Below are positions 40,075 through 52,794 of a stretch of DNA of 64,000 nt, piece by piece. The first letter of the stretch is position 1. Each line of letters starts with the position of its first letter. Both the position numbers and the translations under genes were made by a program. Source of the stretch: the human T2T-CHM13v2.0 reference genome, Homo sapiens. The stretch lies in NCBI RefSeq assembly GCF_009914755.1, contig NC_060934.1, one strand, 5' to 3'. The notes below the pieces were generated by a model. It saw only the letters and a list, made by a program, of their open reading frames with translations, ran no database searches and was not told the origin of the DNA.

Positions 40075-40741
40075 GTGAGCAACCGGGGCCTGAGAAGGGA
40101 AGAACAAAGCGTCCACTGGCATCTTATCCAGGCTCAAAGGGGCTTCCATTTGAAGTGTGAGAAAGGGTCGGAGCTTTGCTTTGTCTGAAAGGGCAGCCTC
40201 TGAGCTCCGTATCTCCGAGGTTTATAATTTCAGCTTGTTTCTCCTCCCACTCCGCCATGCTGGTCATTATGGCAGAAAGAGCACTTGATGGAAGAAAGAC
40301 AGGTTTGTCTTTGCAAGAACAATTTCTCTGTTGTCTGTTGAATGCCACCCAATATGATAAGTGAAATGTTGATACTTCAGACAGACTCCACTGGTCTGGG
40401 TATTTATTCACTTGCCTTAGTTATCAGCAAGTTCAGCCAGCTGGCCAAGAAGCAGGTTTTAACTTCTTTGACAAGTAAGGACTTGCTGGGACGTGGTAAT
40501 GGAACTTCCAATGTCATTGTTGTGCAGTCCTTTGGATTTCTCCCAGCTTGTCCCCACTCTGGCTCAGGTTTGGTCCTGGGAGGAAGGTGGAGCAAGTGGG
40601 GAGGGCAAAATGAAGGAAAGCTCCAGGCAAGGTGGCCCCAGGTCCCCCAACTGCTGACTCAATGCCTTACACCAAGTGATGTGCACTCAGCCACCAAGTC
40701 CATTTAGGGATGCTGGTTTTCAACCATTTAATCAGTCTATG

Positions 40742-41275
40742 GTAGTGGTTTTACCTCCCTGGGGACAGTTTTGCTGTGTGTGGAGACATTTTCACAAGTA
40801 GGGGATGCAGCTGTCATCTAGTGCAGCAGTCCCCAATCTTTTTGGCACCAGAGCCAGGTTTTGTAGAAGACAATTTTTCCATGGGGTCAGGGTTGGAGGG
40901 ATGGTTTCAGGATGAAACTGTTCCACCTCAGATCATCAGGCATTAGATTCTCATAAGGCACTTGCAACGTGGATCCCTCACATGCACAGTTCACAATAGG
41001 ATTTGCTTTCCTATGAGAATCTAATGCCACCACTGATCTGACGGGAGGTGGAGCTCAAGCGGTAGTGCTCTCCTGCTGCTCACCTCCTGCTGTCCAGCCC
41101 AGTTCCTAACAGGCCATGGATCAGTACCAGTCTGCAACCCCAGGGGTTGGGGACCCTTGATCTAGCAGATAGAGGGCAGGGATACTGATAAACATCCTAC
41201 AATGCACAGGACAGTGCCCACAGCAAAGAATTATGTAGTCCAAAATATTGATAGTGCGAAGGCTGAGAAACCTTG
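40742..41275 (+). mobile_element. MER20 interrupted by MER1B
   Basis: TGGAGACATTTT...CATCTAGTG [insert] ...AAACATCCTACAATGCACAGGACAG...GCTGAGAAACCTTG. Confidence 0.85.
40824..41159 (+). mobile_element. MER1B (hAT-Charlie), full length
   Basis: TIRs CAGCAGTCCCCAA / TTGGGGACCCTTG; CAGATCATCAGGCATTAGATTCTCATAAGG; TSD ATCTAGTG/ATCTAGCA. Confidence 0.92.
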
Positions 41276-41439
41276 GCATAGGAGTGCTGGCTGCATCAAG
41301 GCATCAAGGAAACCCAGCATCCACTGGCCATCTGCCACGCTGGTTACCAATGAGATACCCACAGCAAAGGACTATCCAGTGAAAATGCCGGTAGTGTCAA
41401 GGTGAACTGAACTTAGGGTGAAATCCCAAGGTGAAATCT

Positions 41440-41845
41440 GAATTTAGGATGTTTGGATTCTAAGCATCCAGCTCCAATCAACTTAAGTATCAAAGGGAAC
41501 TTATTAGAAGGAGAGAATAGAGGGAAGAACTGATGTGGCTGACCTCTCAGAGAGCAAGAGAGGGGCAGCTCCAGTGTGGAGTGTGCAGAGACCTAAGGGC
41601 AATCTCCTCCAAGTGCCACTGCCAGGTCAGCCAGTTTCTGTCTATTTGCCATTAGCAAAGGGATGTGAATTTCTTGGGAGAATCCTGGGATTGGCTAGGT
41701 TGAGGCTTGGGTGCTGGAGAGGTCAGGGAACCTTCAGATCTGCATGCCAGGGGTAGGGGGCTGGCCCCAGAGAGGAGCCAGAGGTGCTCAGATCAGAAGG
41801 GGGCTGGGTGCTGGCTGTGCAGAACCAATACAGGTCCCTGCTATT
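41440..41845 (-). mobile_element. Old MLT1 (K/L/N-like) LTR
   Basis: ACTTAAG...AAAGGGAACTTATTAGAAGG...GATTGGCTAGG. Confidence 0.45.
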
Positions 41846-42059
41846 AGCATGGCATAGGAAAGGCCTTGGGCTCTGTGTCACATGACTCTACTCAGAGGAG
41901 CCAGGCAGGGCAGAGATTGTCAGGAAACACTTGGAGAATTGAAGCAGAGACACCCGAAGTGGCAAAATGTGCTAGGATCAATCTTGAAGAGAACATACAG
42001 GCACTTGGTAGGGTGGCCTTTCATTTCCTGTTTTTCAACAAACTGTGTTTTCCAGTTCA

Positions 42060-42320
42060 TGTTTTAATCTGACAGACATTTAATGGCTTTCTCTGGTATC
42101 AAGGAGTTGTGCCAGAACACCGAGCCTCATCAGGGGCTCGCCTTGCCTGTGAAGAGCTTACAGTCTAATGAGGGAGGGGGAGAGAGAGATAGAGAGAGAG
42201 AAGCAGAAAAAAAAAAGGAGCGGGAGAAATGGGAGTGAGATGAAAGATAGCAAAGGGGGTAGTGCCATCGGAGAATGTGTGCTGGGGGCATGGGAGAGCT
42301 GATGAGGTTGGTCAGCCGGT
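42060..42320 (-). mobile_element. L2 3' fragment
   Basis: CCTTGCCTGTGAAGAGCTTACAGTCTAATG. Confidence 0.5.
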
Positions 42321-43459
42321 CATGGAATGCCGGGATTCCACTTGGAGCATGGTGATTCTTCTTACTGTGGATTCACCCCCTTAGCAGCAAAAGAGGAAGA
42401 CAGCCACAAGGACCCAGGAAGAAAGTGCTGCTATTGCCAAAGATGTTCCAGTGTCTCTAGAGCAGCATTCTGGGGTGGGTGTTGTCCTGCTGTTCCCATG
42501 TGTCCAGTGTGGGGAGGCTGCTCCCCCGTGACCCTCCAGGCCCCGAGGAGAGGCCATGGTGGTGTTGGCAGGAGAGTCCCTGCATCTGTTCCTTTTATTT
42601 GTTCTGTTAAAGAAAAAGGCCCACTGAGGGTGTGCAGGAGATCCAATCCACCAGTCACATGGCAATTATTTATTATGAGGCTTGAATACTTTCCTGATTG
42701 TATAAGGTTTTATTGTGTTTTTATATGGAGGGCAGACTTGGGGAGTCATTTTGGCAGCTGAGAGGAGGAGGGAAAAGAGCTTTCTGGGATCACTCTGGGA
42801 ATTAAAAGTTCACCTCTAGATGGAGGTTCAGGGGCTAAGTGAGATTCTAGGGGCTTGACCAGAAACCTCGAATTCCATTAGTGCTTAACCCTCTATGGGA
42901 AGTTAGGAGGAAAGGTATTTTCCCTTTTCTCCCAACATGAATCAGATTTTCCCTCTAAATAGCTCAACTGTTGGGCTCCGAGAGAAAAGAGGTGCACTGT
43001 GATCTGGCTGGGGCAAGGACGCTGCTCCCTCTGTGTGAGCCACTCCCTCCCCCTCCACTGCACCCTTGGTGGCCTGGGCTACCTCCAGTGTGTCACAGTC
43101 CCACTTGGTGGAAAGCAGAGGTCTGGCTCGACCAGCTCTGAGTGCCTCAGTCCTGCAGGTCTGAAACATGGTGGCTCCTCCGCCAGACTATGAACCCACC
43201 ACCACCTTCCCAGAAACACTGCTGTCTGATGGGTTTCACTTTTGCATCGGGTTTGAGCTACATCAAGGACCCAATTCAGAGAAGAGCCTTTTTCCTAATA
43301 CACAAACACACACATGTGCATGCTAGTGTGAATTCCACCCATCCTTCAAGGCTCAGGCCTCCCCTCTCCCATGAAGCTGACAATCACCACCCCCAGCTTC
43401 TGCTCCTTCTCCCCCTGTTCCCCCTCCTCCTCCTCTGTCTCCTCCTCTTCTTCTTACTT

Positions 43460-43690
43460 CATCACCACTATTTACTGAGTGCAAACCATGTAGCAGGCAA
43501 TAGGCTAAGTACTTTAAAGATACTATTAATATCTTTGTTAATCCCCACAAAAACCTTATTATTGCCTGTACTTTATACATAAACAGCCTAGGGCTCAGAG
43601 GAGTTTTGCTGCTCATCCAGGGTCACACAGGTAGCAAGTAATAGCACCAACCGTTGAACCCAGGTAAGAGTGATGCACAGGCCATCTCGG
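43460..43690 (-). mobile_element. MIR
   Basis: TATTTACTGAGTGC...GGCTCAGAGG...GGTCACACAG. Confidence 0.7.
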
Positions 43691-43829
43691 CCTCTGGACT
43701 AGACTCCAGTGACCTGCACCTGCGCTGGTTCCCACTCCCGAGAACTCTCTCTGGATGTCTTGCATGCAGTCTGGTGCTGCTAGCAGCCACGCTCTCCCCT
43801 GAGCAGGCTGCTTGGCCTCAGCAGAAAGT

Positions 43830-44030
43830 GCATGGAAATCCCTGTTTCTTCATCTGGCTCTGGGGTTACTTTATGTGTGACCTTGGGCAAATTATGCTCT
43901 GCTTCAGCTTTCTGGACTGGAAAATGGAAATAAAAATACTTACCTTGCAGGGTTGCCTGTGATGCTCAATGACCTATTACATTTGAAAGTTCTTGATAAG
44001 TGAGAGATATAAAATATCATTATTTTTACT
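43830..44030 (+). mobile_element. MIR
   Basis: TGTGTGACCTTGGGCAAATT...AAAATGGAAATAAAAATACTTACCTTGCAGGGTTG. Confidence 0.7.
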
Positions 44031-44184
44031 ATGTCCTGTCTCCAGTGCCACTAGGCAGGGTCACAAGCTCCTTGGGGGCAGGCCCTGTGCAAGTGCCTCA
44101 TTATTCCCACAGAGCTTCTGGCCAGTGCTGAATATATAAATGACACTTAAAACAAAGGGGTTGACCTAATAAAAGCACCTTGTT

Positions 44185-44590
44185 TATAAATGTGCTTTCT
44201 CTATAATATTGCCAAATTGCCCTCCATAGGGCCTGTGCCACTTTGTACCTGGAGCAGTGGCAATCAATGAGCTCTACTGTTTCTGTACACTTCCCTAACA
44301 CCATGTGATAACCAACATTGAGATTTTTGCCAACCCTATAGGTAAAAATGAGCATCTCAGCATGATTTAAATGTGCATTTATCTTATTATGAATTAGGTG
44401 AAGCAGAGTTTCATATATTTAACAGCCACTGGTATATCCTTTCATATAAATGGCTGTCAACTGTATTGCACTGTTGGTTTTGTTTCTTCCTCATTGATCC
44501 GTAGGATATGTATTTGAGGGATCAAGGACATATCATTTGCAAATATTCTTTCCTAGTTTGTCATTTGTTTTTAACTTTATGTATGCTGTA
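44185..44590 (-). mobile_element. Ancient L1 (L1MC/ME) fragment
   Basis: TATTGCCAAATTGCCCTCC...GGTAAAAATG...TTGCAAATATT. Confidence 0.65.
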
Positions 44591-46295
44591 ACTCGTTTGA
44601 GAACATCAGCAAAGAGAAGCCAGCACATAAGACCTGGTGGAAATTTAGGAGAGTCCACGTGAGCTCACAATGTGCTTCTCGCGCTGAGTATGTGTCTGTG
44701 TGCCAAGAGAAATACAGAGATGCAGGACAAATGAGGTGAAAACTTTTTTTACAGATATATTTATTAACTTACACTATTTATAGTTAAACAACTATGGATA
44801 TAATATAGTATGGAATTCAACATTTGTATAAATTTTTTGAGTAAAGCGTTGAAATGTCAAAGTAATGGCACACCTGCATCTGACTGCTTTGGGCCGTGCC
44901 CCCAGACACTCTTTTAGGGGTTTTTCAGTAAGAAAGTTTGAAAAGTGCTGCCCTCATGGGAATCAGTAAGCTCAAGTTCTTATCTCAGTTTTGCCCTAAA
45001 TTATCTGTGTGACTTGGATGAATCATGGTAGGTGCCATAAATGTCATAAACTTCAGTGGTGTCATAAACATCCTAAGCCAGAATAGCCAGTCTGTGGGCA
45101 GGGGTTGCTATTTACTGCTGAATCCTCTGTGTCTGGGACACATACCTGGTACATAGCAGAGGCTCAATAAATAGATATCGAATACAAATAAAGCGACATG
45201 CTCAAAGTGCACTTTGTAACTGTCCCCAGAGGGACAGTTTTCAGTTCTGTCAGCATCTAAAGGGCTGGCCTACTCTATGTAGGACTCTGGGATACCAAGG
45301 TGAGTGAGGCAGGTCCCTGTCCTTCCCCCTGTCCGGAGGAAGCAGACACATGCACTCTGGTGTGAAGACGCTGCAGGAACTTCCTGGCTCCATGCCCCTC
45401 CCCACTCCATTCTTGCCTGGGTGTTGTAGGACACTGAGGCCGAGGCCAAGACTGACAACTTTGCCATGTGTATCGAAGATCACCTTATTCACTCTTCTGC
45501 TATCTCAAACCCCTACCCCCATTTTGTGGGGGACCTGGGGTGGTCCAGGCCCTGTGAGACTATCAGCAAAAGCAGTCTTCTCACATCATGGTGGTCCCGA
45601 CCCCTGTCATGCACCCTGCCCTAAAGACACATGATCTGGGCTGTTTATGGGGTGTGGGCTCTGAGATGTGGGTGGCAGCTCCTGGGCCATCGGCAGGCAG
45701 TAAAGTCTGCAGTGCAGGCCTGTTTTCCAGCTACAGCTGCCACATCAAAAGGCCAAACTCCCTGCAAACTTTGCCTTAATTAAAAAGTTACGGTAATCCT
45801 CAGGATAGAGGCCGGTTGGACACCCCTGGAGACAAAAGTTCTCTCTGTGGCCACGGACCAGGCCCTTCCACCCACCCCAGGCACTATTAAAAGTGGGACC
45901 ACGCTGTGGGCATCACAGGGTCTGGTGAAATAGGAGCGGAAAGACCCTCTTCTTTCTCCATACTCATAATTTGCTTTGGAGGGCTCTAGAGCCAAACATT
46001 TGAAAAGGGGCTCTGGCTTCTTGGACAGATTTCTCATTCTCACATGCCCCTGTATGCTTTGGGGTCTTTCCCAGCTGTGTTTTCAAATGGCTCAAGCCCA
46101 CGGAGGCAAGTGTTAGAGAGCTAGGGCTTGTGGAACACCCAAGTCCCATTCCATATCTGTAGTCAGCGTGGTAATTCATATTTTCATTTTCCCCATGAGC
46201 AAAATGAGCCCTGGCAATGGAAAGGGGCTTGCCCACAGCTACCCAGTATACTGAAGGCCAGCACCCTGCTCACGGTCCTAACTGAATCAGTCCAC

Positions 46296-46657
46296 TGTTA
46301 TGAAAGTTGCAGAGATAGCGATGTTCACTGGACTATCCATTTGCTCCTCCACATTCCCCAGACCTCTTATACATAGGCAGGGTCATGTGACTGGCCAGTG
46401 ACATGTCAACCAGAGTGAAATGCATCCGTTCTTCTGCTGCATGGAAAAGCAGATATTGGATTCTCTAGCCTCTCTCTGTCTCACTGCCAGGACCGATGAT
46501 GACAGTGTTCCACATAGTGAAGTCTTCGTGGGTTTGGGGCCTGCATAAGTGCCCCTCTCTGCTACTTGTAGTGAACTCACATTACATATTTTTGCTGTGC
46601 TAAGTCACAGAGCTTTTTTTCTTGCAGCAGAGCAACCTAGCCTAACCTAAGCAATAT
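46296..46657 (+). mobile_element. MLT1J/K-like LTR
   Basis: GGTCATGTGACTGGCCAGTG...GCAGAGCAACCTAGCCTAACCT. Confidence 0.55.
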
Positions 46658-46739
46658 GCTATTTAACAAATTAGCCAATGAGCACTTGGTTTTTACTGAC
46701 TCACTTGTTCATGAGGGCCCCGAAGAGTCCATAGATAAC

Positions 46740-46960
46740 CAAGGAGAAGTTGAATAAAGGAAGATTTCAGCTCAAACATAAAACAATACTTTTCACAGAG
46801 TCATGTGGAGATGAATGTGCTGCTTCAGGACATGGTGCCATCTCTACTTTTGAACAGATTTGTAGCTGAGGCCATATGGCTTTTTGCAGGAGGATGGTGG
46901 AGTCAAATCCAATGGAGTGGAGTGAAGATTTATCTCCTCGTGCTCAGGGTCTCCTCTCCC
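46740..46960 (+). mobile_element. L3/CR1 3' fragment
   Basis: GAAGATTTCAGCTCAAACATAA resembles the CR1 3' region. Confidence 0.4.
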
Positions 46961-47149
46961 AGCAATTCACACGCATGTGAATTCCAAAGAGACTCCATCT
47001 CTGCAGGATGGTTCTTCCAAATATTCTCCCCTGGGCAGATGGTTTTTTTTTAAGTGTCCTGTATGGCACACCAGCAAGTTAGAAAAGCAAGGCCGGGTAT
47101 CAGCTCCATATGCCCCTTGGCTGGCATCTTTGTTCAGTGCAGAAACCAT

Positions 47150-47400
47150 CCAACTGTACATAGCAGCACCAGATACTGGGCACCATCTCAGCACCTTATA
47201 TATGCCATTTCATTTTTAAACTTTCTACCATAGTCCAGCAAGATGGGCACTATTATCCCCATTTAACAAAATGAGAAAACCAAAGCTCAGAAAATTTAAG
47301 TAAATTGCCTGAAGTCACATAGCTAGTAAACAGCAGAGTTATAGTTCAAATCTGTTCTATTTGCTTCCATGCCCAATGCCCTTTCTATCACTCTACAGCT
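47150..47400 (-). mobile_element. MIR
   Basis: TATTATCCCCATTT...GCTCAGAAAATTTAAGTAAATTGCCTGAAGTCACATAGCTAGTAA. Confidence 0.8.
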
Positions 47401-48269
47401 GCCCCCATTCAAGCTGGGAGTCCATGCCCAAGGTCATATCATGGGCAAAGACAGGGCCCAGGCCAAGGGTACTGGAATCCTAAGCCCAGAACACCAGCTC
47501 CACAGTCCTACCCAGAAAAGTGAAATTTCCACAGGTGTGATAAACAGGGACTATTTACAATGCTCTGAGTCTTGCCTCAGTGGAAATATTTAAGGTAGTG
47601 TCAAAACAAAATCTATTATTTCATTTATGAAGACATTCATAGGGGCTGGGGAAGGATGCAATGAAATATTTGCTTCTGTAACCAACTGGCATTCTCCTGT
47701 TTCAGTCCCCAAGTATGTCTGAGGATCTGGGTCCTGAGTGTAAAATAAAACATACTTAATTTTCTCAAATATCACTAGTTAGGAAAAAAGCAAAAGAAAA
47801 GCAGAGTAATTTCCTTCCTCATCTCCTGCCGCAGGTGATTGGATTGCAGGATTGCATGGAGGGAGAAGTGATTTTGTTTCTTGGATGGTGAAATTAAGTG
47901 AGCACTTCCCAATTTATTCCTAAAAACACGGAGACACCGCGTTTATGTTCCTGAAATGAGAAATCAGTAGAAACACAACTGGGTAAAGAAAGGGAAATTA
48001 AAAAGAAAATCACCAATCATTTGATTATATGACAACACGTGAACACTCACATACTTGATTGTACTCTGCAAGTCTGTAGAAAGGAGGATCATTTAAGAAA
48101 AAAAAAAAAAGACGCTGGTTTCAGCATGTTTTTTGTAAGGATGGGCTATGGCAGCTGGAAAGCTAAGTGTCCTGAAACAATGGATGGCCCTCACATTTGT
48201 GCAAGGTCTTCAGAGTTTACAAAGCGCTTTCAGACGTGTTGTATTTCTCCTCCATGTCCTGGCTTATGC

Positions 48270-48725
48270 CAGGCTCTCCAGCTCCCCTTTCAACCCACCC
48301 TCCCTGTTCCTGCTCCATGCTTTCTGTACTTGGAATGCCAAACTGCCAGATGTCTCATCCCCTAGCTGTGCCATGTGCACAGGTGCCTACCTACACAGGA
48401 ATCTGCACTGCTGCTTCTCAGCCCCATGCCTGGGTTGCCTCCGTCATGCCTTCCTCACCTTTAAGACTTCCATCACCTCTGGTGCCGCCTCCTGCAGCCT
48501 TCCCTGAGTGCTCCCAGCCTTGCCTGGCCACCCTTCTTCCCTGTTCTCCCATGCCCTCTGTATCTCTCAGTCCATGCAGTCACCAGGATCTGAATGTTGA
48601 CCTTGCTCCTCTCTTGGCTGAGTGTCCCCTGTAGAGCAGGGAACAGCTTCTTCCTAGGCAGACACTGGACCCAGCAAAGAGCGTGGCTTAGAGTCTGTAC
48701 CCAAGAATTACCGGGCAAATGAATC
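48270..48725 (+). mobile_element. L2
   Basis: CATCACCTC...GCAGCCTTCCCTGA...AGAGCAGGGA...AAATGAAT. Confidence 0.55.
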
Positions 48726-49439
48726 CCCTGAGGGTGTCATTGTCCCTATTATATCCACCAAGAAGCTGAGGGTCCTGAGGGCTGGGTGATATGTTTTGTG
48801 TCCCCAGTGAGTTAGAGGTGGTGCCTAGGCTAAAGTCCAAGTTGGGTAATTCCTGGCATTCCTGTTTGCTATGGAACACGAATTAGATGCCTCGTGGAAC
48901 ACAGAGACTGGGGTGTATTTGAGGTTATGCATGTTGGTGCTGGGGCTTCCTTCCCCTCTTAGAAGCAGAGTTGTCTTGAAGTTAAAAAACCATGTGATGT
49001 GGCCCCATTGCCCAGTATTCTCTGTATTGGAGCGGAAGTACAGGATAAGAGTCTCCACTTTATCAATGCTTATGGACTTCAGAGTGAAGAGATCAACCAG
49101 GACCAGATTAAAGGAAATACAGTTAAAGGAATAAAGTTATGTCAACTCCTTTAATTAATGTGTACATTTATAGTCTCAAGTATACAGACACTTTCTATTT
49201 AAAAAATAAGATGAAATTATGAAAGGGATAAAATAAAAGTCAAAAGACATGCTTCAAGGAGGAACTAAATAAAATAGTAAGAGCTGCCTGTGGTGGCAAA
49301 AGGAAACACAAAAGAGTGAAAGAAATATACAACTCAAATGAGGATTTGACTATATACAGCTGCCAGAGGCTGCCAGTGAATGGCTGGTCAGCAGCATGGC
49401 TGGCCTTCCTCCTTGCAGGATGTTCTTGTATAAATCCAG

Positions 49440-49790
49440 CAGAGCCTTGGTGCAACTCACTTCTTCTGAATGCCTACTATCTGCATGCCCCTGAAGACAC
49501 AAAGAACCCCAGAAAAATGGCAATAAAACATAATTAAGAAACACCAGGACAATCTTCACTGCACAGTGGGAGCCCAGAAGGAATGATCATCTCTGTCTAC
49601 AGGAACTTGTTCCCAGAGCAAACAGGCACCTGAGCAACCCAGATGGGTGAGGGTGACAGGTGGAGAGGTGGGAGAAAGATCTCCAGCAGAAGCAGCTGCA
49701 CAGGGGCAGGCAGCAAAGCCCAGAGCTAGGAAAAGGTGTGAGTCATACGTTTGCAGATCTGTAAGAAGTTTATTATAGCTGGAAGGAAAG
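49440..49790 (-). mobile_element. L2
   Basis: TTCTGAATGCCTACTAT...CAAAGCCCAGAG. Confidence 0.45.
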
Positions 49791-49814
49791 GCTGAAAAAA
49801 TGGTGTTGATGCTC

Positions 49815-50030
49815 AGTCCTGTTTATTGAACACTTAGTATGAGCTGGGACCAGAACTAATGCACCATTCACTGGCCTCACCATCACGACAACAAATGAGG
49901 TTGCCACTGTTACTACCCCCTTTTTGGAATGAGAAGATTAAGTCACTGAGGTGGAGTAACTTGCCCAAGATCACAAGGTTGGTGTGGATCCAGGCCCATG
50001 TCCATCTCTGTAAACCCATGTTCTAGATAG
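49815..50030 (-). mobile_element. MIR
   Basis: TTTATTGAACACTTA...AGTAACTTGCCCAAGATCACA. Confidence 0.7.
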
Positions 50031-50047
50031 TAAAATGTCTCCCATGG

Positions 50048-50531
50048 TGTATCAGTCACCCATGGCTGTGTAACAAATTACCCCAAAACTTAGCAGCTTA
50101 GAACAACAGTTTTAAGGTCAGAAAAAGTTTAAGGTCAGAGTCTGAAATCTGGGAGGGGTCTTACTGGGTGGTTCTGGGTCAGGCTCTCTCATGAAGTTGC
50201 AGTCAAGATGTTGTCTGAGGCTGCAGGCATCCAAATCTTAATGGGGCTGGGGCACCATACATCCTAGTTCACTTGGTGGCTATTGGCAGAAGGCGCCTGT
50301 TCTGCATGATGTGGGCTCTCCATCATGCTTCTGACCTGGCAGTGTGCTTCTCCAGAACAAATGGCCCAAGACAGCAAGCATGACCAAGACACCAATGTCT
50401 TTTATACCCCACCCTTGGAGTGCCACACTTCTGCTGGACGCAATCAGTCACACAAACCAACTGTGGTACAGATCCGGGGCTGAATGCTAAAAGGCAGGGG
50501 TCCTGGGGGCCACTAAGAGGCTGCCTCCCAT
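50048..50531 (-). mobile_element. MLT1F/G-like MaLR LTR
   Basis: TGTAACAAATTACCCCAAAACTTAGCAGCTTA...TCTCATGAAGTTGCAGTCAAGATGTT...GAGGCTGCCTCCCA. Confidence 0.78.
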
Positions 50532-51309
50532 GCCTGGGCATCCTAAACTATTTAGACTTTCTGTTCCTACAAGAAATGGGTAAGGGGGGATTGGGATCTG
50601 AAGTTTCGGTTCCTCCAGTGGGAATTCCAGGGGCCGAATTTATTATAAAATGCATGTAGAGAGGCCCAGCTTGACCCACAGTGAGAAGTTCAGCTGCTTT
50701 TTCCATCCAAACAGCATGTGCAGTAGAATGGCCCTTCCCCTCCCTGATGGCTGCTCGACTGTGCAGCAAGTCTGTCAAAAGATCTCTGCACACACTAGGT
50801 GCTCTGTGTTGTGCTGGCTGAGTTGAATCTGGCTACAGCTGCAGCTCTGGGGACCCTGGGCTTTGCAGTCATGTTCAGAACTCCCTCAGACCCATGTGCC
50901 CACTTCCTCAGACCAGCTCATATTTACCCTCTGAGGTGGTCACTGACACAGCCACTGACTGCCCTTCTGAGCAGGGGCTCCCTGCAGATCCTCAGCATGC
51001 TGGGTGGGCATGAGCAGGCTGCTCTGAAAAGCTTGGCTTCCCTTTCTGAGGATTTTATCAGTATATAAAAATAAACAGAGTTGGCTGACTCCTTGATGTC
51101 TCAGGGTTGCATTTTAATTGCTGCTTCTTCCGAGAAGACAGGCCAGCTCCACTTCCTGGTAGACGCCCGCACTCACAGGAACAGAGCTGAACTCTGGGTG
51201 TTGGGGCCAGAGCATCCCAGAGTGTGACTGACTGGTTTGCAATTAGCACTTCATTAGAGGGACACCTCTGGTTCACAGGACCAAGACTGGCTCACAGAGC
51301 CTGCATAGG

Positions 51310-51740
51310 GATGAACATCTCCCGCCTGCCCACAGAGTGATCTTTCTAGAACCCGCCTCTAGCCACACTACTTCTTGTTTAAAGTTCTTCTTACCCCTCC
51401 CTGCCTTAAGGACCAAGTTCAAACTCTCAGCCCGGCTTACAGGGACTGCCACAATCTGGCCTCTGCCTGCTCCTCAGCTTCATCCACGCCCTCACCCCAA
51501 CTCCCTGGCCCTGCTTCCTTTATTTTCTACTGCAGTCAGATTCAACTACTCGTAGCTGGTAGATGATCGATGCTGTTTTTCACCTCATCTCTGCCTTGAA
51601 TGCCCTTCCCTTCCCAAATAACATCTATTCCTGCTTCAGAATTAATCTTCCCCCTCCTGTCTGTTATCTGGGAAGCTGTCCATTAGCCACCCTGAGCTGA
51701 CTTATAGTCTCCTTTTCTTGCTTCCACAGCAGTGAGATGG
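51310..51740 (+). mobile_element. L2
   Basis: CAGAGTGATCTTTCTA...AAGTTCAAACTC...AATCTGGCCTCTGCCT. Confidence 0.65.
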
Positions 51741-52794
51741 TGGTGCTGAGCCCTGAACGCTGTCTGCTTCCTAGAAGTCCCTGGCAGCGTCCCTACCCCC
51801 ACGGAACCCCCTCACCCATGTTCAGGAAAGCTGCCTTGTGAAGCTGGTCATGTGGGATGTCACCTCAGGAGGGAGGAGTGGCCTGCCCAGCACAGCCCGC
51901 AGCAGCTCAGGCAAACACAGTGCACCTCACTTGTCTGCATCACCATGGCCCCTAGGAGTGAGCACGAGCTTCCACAACCTTTGCTGACAAACAGGGGTTC
52001 CGCCCAACACAGCCATGATGCCTCAACATCCGGAGAGACCCTGCCTTGTATCAGCACAAGACTCCTGGGTTTAATGATGCTTGACCCTAGCTTCTTTCAA
52101 GACTTTGGTCTTCATTTGTGCATCTGCAGGGAGCAGGGAGCATGGAGGGAACAGCAAGGGCTGGGAGTGGGTACCAAGTCAAATTCCAGCACCACAACAG
52201 GGAGCCTGGTCTTCAGCCAGTTCATTCAACTCAGGGGGCTTCAGCGTCCTCACTGGTCCAGTACAGGCAACATTCCCCCTGGCCTGCTGTGGGGTAACAG
52301 GAAAAAACATGGGGTGCCGCCAATGACATTGGGAGATGTATCTGGGGGTGAGGTTCTGGAGAGCTTCAAGCCCTGGGGGATTTGGGTCTTGAAGGCACAC
52401 TGTGGACCTGGAGCAGCACTAGCCCTGCATGGCACCAGGACCCTGCCCCTCACCATGAACCAGAACCCTCTCCCTGGGAGATGAGTTCTCACCAGCCAGG
52501 GCTGCGGGGTTGGGGGCAGAAAGCAGGAGCAGCCCCTAACAGCTCAGTAGACGACAGCTTCTGGGAGCCTTTTTCACCAGGATCTGAGGCCTGTTTACAT
52601 GGGTCCCCCCTGTGGTCTCTGCTGCTTAATATGCCTTTTGAAAATGATGCTCAGTGGGATGGTGTGTGCACATTTGTAATTCCAAAGAGCCGGCTGGTTT
52701 TTCACAATCTGTGCCTGCTAATTTCTCAGTCACAGGAAGGGAAATAGCAAAAAGTCCCCAATACTCCTTGTTGAGTGGATTCCCTAATAGCATT

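Noticed and set aside
43460-44030. Oppositely oriented MIR pair as a hairpin
   Set aside because: The copies are independent and too diverged to pair stably.
47805-47905. Acceptor-like TTTCCTTCCTCATCTCCTGCCGCAG
   Set aside because: No convincing donor partner; isolated splice-like sites are common by chance.
51852-52484. Longest ORF (210 aa)
   Set aside because: Non-ATG start, no recognisable domain, no supporting exon structure; compatible with chance in GC-rich DNA.
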